64,000 nucleotides of DNA from contig JAANOX010000243.1 in the NCBI GenBank assembly GCA_020184695.1, positions 496,001 through 560,000 on the forward strand, in the 5' to 3' direction. This DNA is from Histomonas meleagridis 2922-C6/04-290x (Eukaryota > Protista > Parabasalia). A program made the translations under genes and the position numbers. Position 1 is the first letter of the stretch, and every line of letters begins with the position of its first letter. Below the pieces are notes generated by a model that was given only the letters and a program-made list of their open reading frames with translations, was not told the DNA's origin and searched no databases. Positions 33,532 through 44,707 of the stretch are shown here, one piece after another.

Positions 33532-36500
33532 ATGGATAATGAAACCATTCAACACTGTAGTCTAAATTATAACATAAATTTACCAGAAAACAAAGGATCA
33601 TTTAATCAATCTATCGATATGGAATTTCTTATTAAACTTGAAAAAATAATTTTTAATTTAAATGAAAAAAATATTGATTCATCTGTCAAAGAGACAGTTG
33701 AATTATTTGATTATAATTTTCCTCACACTTTTAATTATGTTATCTGCAATTTAATCTATAATGCATTTATTTCACAAAGAAATTCAAGTGATTTATATTT
33801 CAAATATTTAAAAAGGGTTCAAACAAAAGAATTCGAAATTAATAAAAATAGTCCTGATATAATAAAAAATTTTGGTATTTATATCTCTAAAATTAAGTCA
33901 CAAGAATCATTTTATCTTCTAGAAAAAATGATTGAAGAAAATTTAATTATAACAAAGATAACAAGAAATATTGATACAAACTATTTTGCACATTATAAAA
34001 ATGTAAAAGAAAACAAACAAAACGATCACAGAGATCCAATTGAGGACCAATTTTTTGATAATTATGAAGAGCTTTCAAAGAATGATTGGGAACTTCATAA
34101 ACAATTAATTAAAGAAGGAGTTAATCCGAATGAAATTGCGAAAATAATTCGAAATGATGAAATAGAAAAACTTCAAGAAATATCATCACAAACAGATTTT
34201 GATTTCAATCAAACAATTGAACCATCACTTTATGAAAGATGTTCATTTATAAATAAAGAAAATGTTTCATTAATTGATTACGCAGCATTTTTTTCTTCGA
34301 TTAAATGTTTTAAATATTTACTTATGAATGGTTCTAATGTAAAAAATACAGGTAAATATGCAGTTGCAGGTGGAAACGAAGAAATCATTCATTTATGTGA
34401 ACAAAATCATTCATCATTTGAAGGCGCATATGAAGCAGCAATTATGTTTCATCGAAACAAAATTTTTAATTATATTTATGAAAAGAAATTAGATGATATT
34501 CAACGAGATTTACCAAAGTTTAGTGATAATATTCATTTACCTATTGATGTTTTAAACAAAAAATATTTAAATATAAAAATGACGACAATTTGTAATGAAT
34601 ACAGATATATATGTATTCAAAGTGGAAGCTTTGAAACACTTTTGTTTTTAGAAAAAAATCTCATGAAAATTGATGATTTTATTATCAATGAATCAGCATT
34701 TAATGGTAACTTGTATCTTGTTAAATATTTTCTCCAAAACAATAAGCTTCCAAAAGATATATTAATTTCTTCATCGTGTTCACAAAATATTGAACTTATT
34801 AATTATATTCTTGAACAAAAAGGTATTGATATTAATGTCAAAGATATTTATTTATTTTATTTGATATTTGTTTTAGTAATTTTATATTTCAAAATAATAT
34901 TTGGAAATTATTTCAATTATTTTACACAGCACTTATTAGAGCATCTAATAATGGTTATATAAAAATCGTTAAACTACTTCTTGAACATGAAGGAATTGAT
35001 GTTAATGCTAAAGATATTTATATGTTTTATTTGATATTTATTTTAATAATTTTATATTTCAAAATAATATTTGGAAATTATTTCAATTATTTAATACAGC
35101 ACTTATTAGAGCATCTGATAAAGGTCATACAGAAATAGTTAAATTACTTCTTGAACAAGAAGGAATTGATGTTAATGCTAAAGGTATTTATTTGTTTTGT
35201 TTAATATTTATTTTAATAATTTTATATTTCAAAATAATATTTGGAAATAATTTAAATTATTTAATACAGCACTTATATATGCATCTTTAAATGGTCACAC
35301 AGAAATAGTTAAATTACTTCTTGAACAAGAAGGAATTGATGTTAATGCTAAAGATATTTATATGTTTTATTTGATATTTATTTTAATAATTTTATATTTC
35401 AAAATAATATTTGGAAATAATTTAAATTATTTAATACAGCACTTATTAGAGCATCTGAAAAAGGACATACAGAAGTCGTTAAATTCCTTCTTGAACAAGA
35501 AGGAATTGATGTTAATGCTAAAGGTATTTATTTGTTTTGTTTAATATTTATTTTAATAATTTTATATTTCAAAATAATATTTGGAAATTATTTAAATTAT
35601 TTAAAACGGCACTTATATATGCATCTGAAAATGGTCATACAGAAATAGTTAAATTACTTCTTGAACAAGAAGGAATTGATGTTAATGCTAAAGGTATTTA
35701 TTTGTTTTATTTGATATTTATTTTTATAATTTAATATTTCAAAATAATATTTGGAAATTATTTAAATTATTTAGAACAGCACTTATTAATGCATCTGAAA
35801 ATGGTCATACAGAAATAGTTAAATTACTTCTTGAACAAGAAAGAATTAATGTTAATGCCAAAGATATTTATTTGTTTTGTTTAATATTTATTTTAATAAT
35901 TTTATATTTCAAAATAATATTTGGAAATAATTTAAATTATTTAATACAGCACTTATATATGCATCTGAAAATGGTCATACAGAAATAGTTAAATTACTTC
36001 TTGAACAAGAAGGAATTGATGTTAATGCTAAAGGTATTTATTTGTTTTGTTTAATATTTATTTTAATAATTTTATATTTCAAAATAATATTTGGAAATTA
36101 TTTAAATTATTTAATACAGCACTTATATATGCATCTGATAAAGGTCATACAGAAATAGTTAAATTCCTTCTTCAACAAAAAGGAATTGATGTTAATGCTA
36201 AAGGTATTTATTTGTTTTGTTTAATATTTATTTTAATAATTTTATATTTCAAAATAATATTTGGAAATAATTTAAATTATTTAATACAGCACTTATATAT
36301 GCATCTTTAAATGGTCACACAGAAATAGTTAAATTACTTCTTGAACAAGAAGGAATTGATGTTAATGCTAAAGGTATTTATTTGTTTTGTTTGATATTTA
36401 TTTTAATAATTTTATATTTCAAAATAATATTTGGAAATTATTTAAATTATTTAAAACGGCACTTATATATGCATCTTTAAATGGTCACACAGAAATAGTT

Positions 36501-37893
36501 AAATTACTTCTTGAACAAGAAGGAATTGATGTTAATGCTAAAGGTATTTATTTGTTTTGTTTAATATTTATTTTAATAATTTTATATTTCAAAATAATAT
36601 TTGGAAATAATTTAAATTATTTAATACAGCACTTATATATGCATCTGATAAAGGTCATACAGAAATAGTTAAATTACTTCTTGAACAAGAAGGAATTGAT
36701 GTTAATGCTAAAGATATTTATATGTTTTATTTGATATTTATTTTAATAATTTTATATTTCAAAATAATATTTGGAAATTATTTAAATTATTTAGAACAGC
36801 ACTTATATATGCATCTTTAAATGGTCACACAGAAATAGTTAAATTACTTCTTGAACAAGAAGGAATTGATGTTAATGCTAAAGGTATTTATTTGTTTTGT
36901 TTAATATTTATTTTAATAATTTTATATTTCAAAATAATATTTGGAAATTATTTAAATTATTTAAAACGGCACTTATATATGCATCTGATAAAGGTCATAC
37001 AGAAATAGTTAAATTACTTCTTGAACAAGAAGGAATTGATGTTAATGCTAAAGGTATTTATTTGTTTTGTTTAATATTTATTTTAATAATTTTATATTTC
37101 AAAATAATATTTGGAAATTATTTAAATTATTTAATACAGCACTTATATATGCATCTTTAAATGGTCACACAGAAATAGTTAAATTACTTCTTGAACAAGA
37201 AGGAATTGATGTTAATGCTAAAGGTATTTATTTGTTTTGTTTAATATTTATTTTAATAATTTTATATTTCAAAATAATATTTGGAAATTATTTAAATTAT
37301 TTAAAACGGCACTTATATATGCATCTTTAAATGGTCACACAGAAATAGTTAAATTACTTCTTGAACAAGAAGGAATTAATGTTAATGCCAAAGATATTTA
37401 TTTGTTTTGTTTAATATTTATTTTAATAATTTTATATTTCAAAATAATATTTGGAAATAATTTAAATTATTTAATACAGCACTTATTAATGCATCTGAAA
37501 ATGGTCATACAGAAATAGTTAAATTACTTCTTGAACAAGAAAGAATTAATGTTAATGCCAAAGATATTTATTTGTTTTGTTTAATATTTATTTTAATAAT
37601 TTTATATTTCAAAATAATATTTGGAAATAATTTAAATTATTTAATACAGCACTTATATATGCATCTTTAAATGGTCACACAGAAATAGTTAAATTCCTTC
37701 TTCAACAAAAAGGAATTGATGTTAATGCTAAAGATATTTATTTGTGTTATTTAAAATTTGTTTTAGTAATTTTATATTTCAAAATAATATTTGGAAATTA
37801 TTTCAATTATTTAGAACAGCACTTATGAAAATATTCTCAAAAAGTAATGCAAAAATAGTTGAAATGTTTCTTGAACTAGAAGAGGTGGTTTAA
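33532..37893 (+). CDS. DUF3447-ankyrin gene B: N-terminal domain plus 17 full and 1 terminal ankyrin segments, each preceded by a frame-breaking spacer
   Basis: ORF from ATG 33532 with DUF3447 motifs. Ankyrin segments TAL..AS..GH TEIVKLLLEQEGIDVNAK start every 170 nt from 34926 to 37816. Final stop at 37891-37893 in the last segment frame. Confidence 0.75.
34843..37815 (+). repeat. Tandem array of 170-bp units (87 nt ankyrin coding + 83 nt D-to-T spacer), 18 spacers
   Basis: Thr codons at 34926+170n (n=0..17). 170 mod 3 = 2, so each unit shifts frame. Confidence 0.97.
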
Positions 37894-38611
37894 TATCAAT
37901 GATTAGAATTTCTGAGTTTTGCCTAAAATTAGGTATATATACCTGGTAATATTAGATATAAAATTGAAAATAATAAAAACAAGTTAATGAATCTAATTTA
38001 TACAAATATTAATTATTTTTAAATAATTTTAATAATATTTATCATCCAATTATAACGGTTTTATTTACGATATGTGAATTGAATACACACAACCGTCATG
38101 ATCGTCGTTCTAAGAAAATAACGGTGGTTCAGAAAACACCGTATCGTTATTTTACAACGGAATCATTGGAGCCATTTCTTTTCCATAGGATTGATTGTTG
38201 ATATACCCATTTTTTTTATATAAAAAATTGGAAAAAAACGGAATCAACCAACGATTCCTTTAATGAATTTTAAATTAATTAACAAAATTCTGCTTCATAA
38301 TCATAAAAAAATTGCAAAGGAAACCAATAATTAGATATTTAGTTGACTCATCTGTCTCCGCATGTTGTTATTTTTTTTATAACATTGCAAAAGAACAGAC
38401 CATTTCAATTGTGAAAAAAATAACAAAATAACATATAAAACATTATCATAGCATTCATATATTTTGATTCAATAACTTGATTAAGAAAACGTACTTCAGA
38501 ATATAAGACATCCTTTGACAAATTATCAAAATATTTGTGTTTTTTTGACAAATCTGTTTTCTTTTAAGTTCAGTCAAACCGCGGCTTTTTTTCAATGGCC
38601 ACCCCAAAACG

Positions 38612-40269
38612 ATGAAACTGGGTGGGATGTGCAATAAGCAAGAGCTTGGTGATTATGTCATTATTCAAACAATTGGATCCGGCTCTTCAAGCAAGGTGAA
38701 GCTAGCTGAGCACAAAATAACACACCAACATTACGCAATGAAAATAATCAAAAAAAGCAAACTTGATTCAAATCCAGATTTGAGACAAAAAATTCATCGT
38801 GAGATTGCTTTAATGCGACTTCTTGACCATCCCCATTTAATCAATCTTGTTGATGTTCTTGAAAGTCAAGGACATATTTATATTGTTACTGAGTATGCCT
38901 CGCATGGGGAATTATTTAATTTTCTTATAGTCCGTAGATTTCTTACGCCAGTACAATCCATGCATATATTTCGACAAATTATTTATGGACTTGATTTTCT
39001 TCATACACATAATGTTTGTCACAGAGATCTTAAACCGGAAAATATTTTACTAACTGAGAGCAACGATGCAAAGATAGCAGATTTTGGCTTTGCACGTTGG
39101 ATGAAAGAAACAACTTCATGTCAAACATCATGTGGCTCACCCCATTATACAGCACCAGAAGTTTTACGAGGTGCTTCTTATGATGGTCGCGCCTCAGATA
39201 TTTGGAGTTGTGGTGTTATTCTTTATGCACTTCTTACAGTATGTTTTCATAACCAATTCCAATTATCAAATTGGAATGGTTCTTAAAGTAAGCTAACACA
39301 CAGGGTAAACTTCCATTTGATGATCCATCATTCCGAGGACTTGCAGCAAAAGTTAAATCTGGAATCTTCCGCATGCCAGATTTAGCACCAGATCTCAAAG
39401 ATCTTTTAATTAAAATCCTTACAGTCAATCCAAAGAATCGCATAACCATTGATGGTATCAAACGTCATCCCGCTTTTCGAATTGGTTTGCCACAAGAATA
39501 TATTGTCCCATCACCATTTGCAGTTCCCAAGCTTGAAAAACCAATCGAAATGTCCACTCTTAGTCCAGCCATAATTGAATTTCTTCATAATATTGGATAT
39601 AATGATGATGAAGAATTACGCAAAGATCTTGAGTCAACTGAGTCCAACATGACGAAGTCGTTTTGTGTTTTATTAACGCATCGTGCGTCGCCAGGCTATC
39701 TGCCTTGGCCAAGTCTCCAAACGGGCTCCAATGATGCTAGTGGTTTGAATTCAATTGATTTCAATGACCAATTCAATGATTTGAATCTAAGTTTACAAGA
39801 AGACTTAAACGGCTTGAATTCATCTGATGAACCAAATCTCGAATATGACATTAACGAGAATTCTACCGATACATATATTCGACCTAAAGATTCTAGTCAA
39901 GGATCTGTCGAATCTTTTAGGGTATATTCTTTTGCTGAACGATCTTCATTATATCCCGAATCATTTAACCCAATGACAACAAGTTTTCCAGCAAAGATAT
40001 TATTTGAAGAAGTAACATTTCCTGCAGAAGTTGTTGCAACAGAGTTACAAAAGTTTTTAACGCAACAAGAATTCGAATGGTTATATCCTAACGATTATAC
40101 ACTGATCGCACAGTCTGAAGGTTTCGTAGTATTGGCAAAGATTGATCCAGTGTCGGAATCATATGTAAATGTGCTATTACAAAGAATACAAGGAGCTGCT
40201 GATAGATTTCATTTGTTGTCGGATCAAATTGGTAAAGTGATCGATAATATATCATATGAATTTGTTTGA
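38612..40269 (+). CDS. CAMK-group Ser/Thr kinase (BRSK/AMPK-related), two exons: 38612-39238 and 39304-40269
   Basis: GSGSSSKVK, HRDLKPEN, DFG, CGSPHYTAPE. Splicing gives ALLT|GKLPFDD in phase 0. Confidence 0.92.
39239..39303 (+). other. Canonical trichomonad spliceosomal intron, 65 nt
   Basis: GTATGT donor and fused branch/acceptor GCTAACACACAG. Removal restores the conserved kinase motif LLTGKLPF. Confidence 0.95.
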
Positions 40270-40993
40270 CAAATAAACATGAAATATAGTAATTTTGCAT
40301 TTAATAATAGTCGAACATGTTAAAGCTTTGTTTAACTAAATTTGTTGCTCACATTTGATATTCTGTTTAAAGTGAGAATTGATTTAAATGCGTGAGATCA
40401 AACGCAAACTTACAATTAGTTACCACTACATTTAAATTTGAGATTAATTTACTTACCATATTATCTTTTTAAAGAGATTTAATAAGAAGTCTTTTAAATG
40501 ATTTAAAATTAGCAACTTCTTTGAACTTTAATAAGTTGATCATGCATAAATATGTAATGTATCAATTGATTTAAGTAATTTCGAAGGATTATTTTAAAAT
40601 TCGAAATGAATTAAATAACTCTAAAAACAAATGTTAAAATTTTGGTGTTGATGAAATTTATATTGATTTCATTCCGAATCCATATTGCTGATGCTGAGAT
40701 ACAAATGAGATATAAATTTTTCAAATATTTGGAATCTAAAATATTACAAATTTGTTCTATTATTGCTTCATCAAAATCCAATATTCGTTTTTGTTTTGTT
40801 CTTTAGTCACCAAACCAACAACACGGAACTCAGCCCATATAAATGTTTTCTAATGGTAATCTAATAAAAAAGCAACAAAACTTATTATATTTAAAAATAT
40901 AAGCACAAAGATCGAATATTTTGAAAATTTACTAAAATCAAGTGAATAATTTCAAACTGATCCAATTGACAAACTCTGTTTAATTTATTTTAG

Positions 40994-41719
40994 ATGGAAA
41001 ATGATAAAACTGAATATGACCCTGATTTAATAGCTATGACTGACGAACAAATTGAAGAAGAACTTCAAAAAATGGAGCAAGATATTGTAATTTCTCCCGA
41101 AGATATTATTCAAATTGAAGAAGATTCAGAAGAAATTGATTTTTCTAACCCACAATATTGGGATAAAAGATATGCAAAAACTGAAGATGGGTCTTTTGAG
41201 TGGTATCGTCCATGGAAAGAATTTTATCCAGAATTCAAAGAATATTTTAATGGGGATGAAAAAGTATTAAACATTGGATGTGGAAACTCTGAAATGGCAT
41301 ACGATATGTTAGGTAATCCATTCCATTCTGTTTATAACATGGACATTTCTTCTGTTGTTATTGATCAAATGAAATCGAAATATCAAGATCAAAAAGAACT
41401 AATTTGGGAAGTAATGGACTGTACCAATATGACCTATGAAGACAATAGCTTTGACGTCGTATTTGACAAAGGTACATTAGATGCATTATTTTGTGGCGAT
41501 ATGAAAAATGTTGAAAAAACAATTTGCGAAGTCGCAAGAATATTGAAGCCGAACGGTATATATATTGTGATAACTTATGGTCCACCAAATGCAAGGGTGC
41601 CAGTTTTCCAGAGATTCAAAGATAAAATCGAACTTGTGCAACAAATCGACTTCAAAAAGCGATTTAATTGCTCAACACATTTTATATATATACTGAAGAA
41701 AAAGAATGACTCAGATTAA
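40994..41719 (+). CDS. SAM-dependent methyltransferase, EEF1AKMT4/METTL13-like
   Basis: YWDKRY...FEWY, LNIGCGNS, MDIS, MDCTNM, FDKGTLDAL. Confidence 0.88.
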   Translation: MENDKTEYDPDLIAMTDEQIEEELQKMEQDIVISPEDIIQIEEDSEEIDFSNPQYWDKRYAKTEDGSFEWYRPWKEFYPEFKEYFNGDEKVLNIGCGNSEMAYDMLGNPFHSVYNMDISSVVIDQMKSKYQDQKELIWEVMDCTNMTYEDNSFDVVFDKGTLDALFCGDMKNVEKTICEVARILKPNGIYIVITYGPPNARVPVFQRFKDKIELVQQIDFKKRFNCSTHFIYILKKKNDSD

Positions 41720-42205
41720 TAAATGTAATCATACATTAATTTTTCGTTAAATTTTATGCAAATAGTTTTTTTAATCATAGTTAATAGATATGTCAACAAA
41801 AGCCAAAAATGAAAGAAATCGAATCAGTAAATCCTTCAAATAAATGGATTGAAGGGGAAAAATCTTTCATTTCTGTATTTTTTTGATATTTTATGTCATC
41901 ATATTTTCTAACAGTTAGTTTCTAACATGTATTTCAAACTTGTGATTTATTTGCAATAATTAAAAACTCATCGAAATATATTAATTTTAATGATTTTTGA
42001 TGAAAGTCATTAAAAACGCTCAATTAAAGTTAAAATTTGCAACGTGTTCATGATTTTAATTAAAATTAAACTAATTAATTATACTTCTAATTAATTAGAA
42101 AAAATTGTTTATCCATAAAGTCTCAAATCAAATAAAGTTTTTTAGTATTTCAATTTTTATCGAAATTATAAATAGATTGGTGAAGCTTCTTTGACTTGTT
42201 TTATT

Positions 42206-42694
42206 TCAGTGTTTTTTCTTGAATTTGTTTATAATTTCATCATAGCTCTTAATATTCATGATTTTTTTTTCTGTATCAATGGGTGATTTGAGGTCTCCAG
42301 CAGTTTCTATTTTTACAAGTAAGTTTGGTTCCTTCGAAAAAGTTTTTCCTGAAATTTTGTTGTTTCTTAAATGGTCAAAAGAATGCGTTTTATTGGTTGA
42401 TTCTCCCACACTTATAGCTGAGGAAACAGGATCCTTTTCCTCTGTTATTATAATAAATTTATCATCATCATTTTTAGTGTAAGAGAGTTTTTTGGTAAAA
42501 TCAAAGATTGGTGTTAATACTGTACCATGAGAAAATAAATTTGTTTTTGTTTTGTCGGAATTAACATTAACATTTTTTTTAATTGAACCAATATTTTCTT
42601 TTTTTATTAGATGGCATGGCCTAACATCAATCCATGTACTTCTAGGCTGTCTCTGAGATAATCCTTTTGTAATCAATGCAAGAAAGAAAATCAT
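42206..42694 (-). CDS. Hypothetical small protein with possible signal peptide
   Basis: ORF from ATG 42694 (MIFFLALITKGLSQ). No recognisable domain. Confidence 0.5.
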   Translation of the reverse strand: MIFFLALITKGLSQRQPRSTWIDVRPCHLIKKENIGSIKKNVNVNSDKTKTNLFSHGTVLTPIFDFTKKLSYTKNDDDKFIIITEEKDPVSSAISVGESTNKTHSFDHLRNNKISGKTFSKEPNLLVKIETAGDLKSPIDTEKKIMNIKSYDEIINKFKKKH

Positions 42695-43121
42695 TTTATG
42701 AATGACCAAATTTGTTTTACCTGGTAAAACAAATTTTAATACGAAATTTAAATAAAAGTTACTATCGTTTATTTTAAAATTCAATTGTAATTTGTCCGAC
42801 GTTATATAACCGTTGGCTCGATTCAGACATAACCTCAGAAAATACTATGAAAAAATATTTCAAACAAAAAGAAGAAACATTTATAATAAATGACGCAAGG
42901 CAAAAATTGAGCAAATGATGAAAAATCTAATGCATTTAAGGTATAATGTCAAATCAAGATATTTTTCGTTATTTATACCATAATATTCCGAAACCATAAT
43001 TCTTAAAAATTATTAATAAAATCAAGTACAAATCATAAGCTGAAATTTGTATTCTGAATTAAACTTAAAAATAAAAATGAGTATTTTCTTTTATAATGTT
43101 ATGAGCTTCCAACAAAAAGAA

Positions 43122-43229
43122 TAAAGTGGTTGCAGAAAGGTTTCCCAACGATAGAATCGAATGAATGAAAAATCATCGGATTTATATTCAAAAACTGAGG
43201 TGTTTGGGAAACTTTCTGCAACAACTTTA
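43122..43229. repeat. 108-bp inverted-repeat element (MITE-like or hairpin RNA)
   Basis: TAAAGTGGTTGCAGAAAGGTTTCCCAA (43122-43148) versus TTGGGAAACTTTCTGCAACAACTTTA (43204-43229): one mismatch, one indel, 55-nt spacer. Confidence 0.8.
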
Positions 43230-43468
43230 AATTGTGCTTACTCTTTTTATATTTTTATGAAGCTTTTACTTAGTGAAACACCTCATAATGAACCCTCAAC
43301 TTTACAAAATTGGTTTCATTTGATGTAAAATCCAGAATTTTTACATAAAACACGTTCAACACCTAAACTTTAACTTATATGATGCCATCAAACCCAAAAA
43401 ATTATAACAAAGCGCACATACTGCAAACTTTCCATTATACCGCCAACACATTGCTATGATTATTTTTA

Positions 43469-44707
43469 TTATTCCTTTGTCAGTACAAACTGAAACACGT
43501 CTGTTGTCTCTCTTGACGTCGCCGCCACTATCTCGCCGGGGTTCACCAAGTCCTCCACTTTCTTATCCAAGTTCTCTCTTGTCCTTGAGTCGATTTGCAA
43601 GTACAAAGTTTCGTTGCCTGTTCTCATTGACGAAACTTTAAAGTTATAAGCGCTTGTGATTCGGTCCATCAGCTCTTTCAGCGTCTCGTTTTCGACCATT
43701 GGAATTCGCTCAGTCTTTTGCCCGCACGCGATGCATTCGTTGTTCTTTTCGTAGTTAAAGTTCGTCCAGTTGACGCCAACGACTGCGTCGCCAGCAAACA
43801 ATACATTGTTTTGAAGCTTTGGTGCAATGCACGTCAAATACTTCAATGCTTCGGTGGTGCATTGCGCTGCAACAACAGCTTGCGTAGAGGCAATGGCTGG
43901 AATAATGTTCTTAACAACACCTTTGGTCAGCTTAAAAGTGATGTCGTCCTCGTTGAGCTTGAACTTTTTGGCATGAAGCTTGGCTTGTTCCATTATCCAA
44001 TTGATGTGCTCATCATTATCACCATCAATGGATTCGCCTTTGCGAAGCTTCTCCCATTGAAGCTCTTTGGCCCATACAATGCAATGTTCAGGTTGACGTG
44101 GATTGGAGGCAATAGTGCATGATTGAAAAACAACAGGTGGTGGGAAAAGATCACTCTGGCAGCGCATACATGCTGTCTCAAGTGGAATTATAAGCTTGAC
44201 ATGCCCTTTCCAGCCTTCAGAGCCACCATCAATTAATGGAATTGTATACTCGCCATTGGTTTCTCTGGCTATACGACATAAATTGTCGCTGATCCATAGG
44301 CGTGCGTTGACAGAGTCAAGACCGGCAATTACAAGGTCAAATTGTTTGTAAAAATCATCATCAAAATCTTGGATCTTACAAAAATGTGGGGTGATGTCGA
44401 TCTCAGGAATGCGCCTCTTAATAAACTCTGCTGCACAAACAGATTTGGGTTTGCCTACGTCTGATTGACGAAAAAGAAATTGTCGATTAAGATTTGAAAC
44501 ATCAATTGTATCCATATCAATTACGTGAATGTGCTTAAAACCAGTGAGAGCAAGGGACTTTAGTAATTCACAGCCAAGACCACCTGCACCAATAACCAAA
44601 ATTTTGCAATTTAAAAAATAATCGATTCCAGTTTTTCCTGCTTCAAAGCCTTCCTGACAAAAGGGCCCTGGTTCTTCTAGAAGATTTAATGTTCCTGGTG
44701 CAATCAT
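43469..44707 (-). CDS. UBA3: NEDD8-activating enzyme E1 catalytic subunit
   Basis: GAGGLGCE, DMDTIDVSNLNRQFLF, LIDGGSEGWKGH, CTIASNPRQPEHC, IIPAIASTQA. Confidence 0.92.
   Translation of the reverse strand: MIAPGTLNLLEEPGPFCQEGFEAGKTGIDYFLNCKILVIGAGGLGCELLKSLALTGFKHIHVIDMDTIDVSNLNRQFLFRQSDVGKPKSVCAAEFIKRRIPEIDITPHFCKIQDFDDDFYKQFDLVIAGLDSVNARLWISDNLCRIARETNGEYTIPLIDGGSEGWKGHVKLIIPLETACMRCQSDLFPPPVVFQSCTIASNPRQPEHCIVWAKELQWEKLRKGESIDGDNDEHINWIMEQAKLHAKKFKLNEDDITFKLTKGVVKNIIPAIASTQAVVAAQCTTEALKYLTCIAPKLQNNVLFAGDAVVGVNWTNFNYEKNNECIACGQKTERIPMVENETLKELMDRITSAYNFKVSSMRTGNETLYLQIDSRTRENLDKKVEDLVNPGEIVAATSRETTDVFQFVLTKE

Noticed and set aside
34849-34920. Ciliate IES-like TA-bounded DNA excision
   Set aside because: Excision between the obvious TA dinucleotides removes 69 nt and does not restore the frame. 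Parabasalids have no known separate somatic genome.
34843-34962. Spacer as a coded transmembrane anchor (IYLFYLIFVLVILYFKIIF)
   Set aside because: T-rich DNA yields F/I/L/Y by default, and homologous spacers in gene A contain stops, so there is no sign of coding constraint. It cannot be fully excluded for unspliced gene B.
35184-35269. Canonical GT-AG intron reading of the spacers (AAAG|GTATTT...TACAG|CA, 86 nt, frame-restoring)
   Set aside because: GT is present in only 10 of 18 gene B spacers (the rest read GAT), and AG is lost in 4 copies (ACG GCA) and in gene A (ACT GCA, ACG GCA, ACA CCG). It would also delete the conserved Thr, whose codon varies synonymously, so that codon is coding.
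35240-35270. -1 ribosomal frameshift at T TTA AAT slippery heptamers in the spacers
   Set aside because: Both frames are open in gene B, but gene A spacers have stops as early as codon 3-4 and in both frames. The heptamer is absent in TTC AAT copies, and such heptamers are common in AT-rich DNA.
34843-37815. CRISPR-like array
   Set aside because: The units are near-identical tandem repeats coding ankyrin segments. There are no unique spacers or cas genes, and the context is eukaryotic.
38050-38250. Cluster of AACGG/ACCGT Myb-like sites upstream of the CAMK kinase
   Set aside because: Short motifs with irregular spacing that cannot be distinguished from chance without genome statistics.
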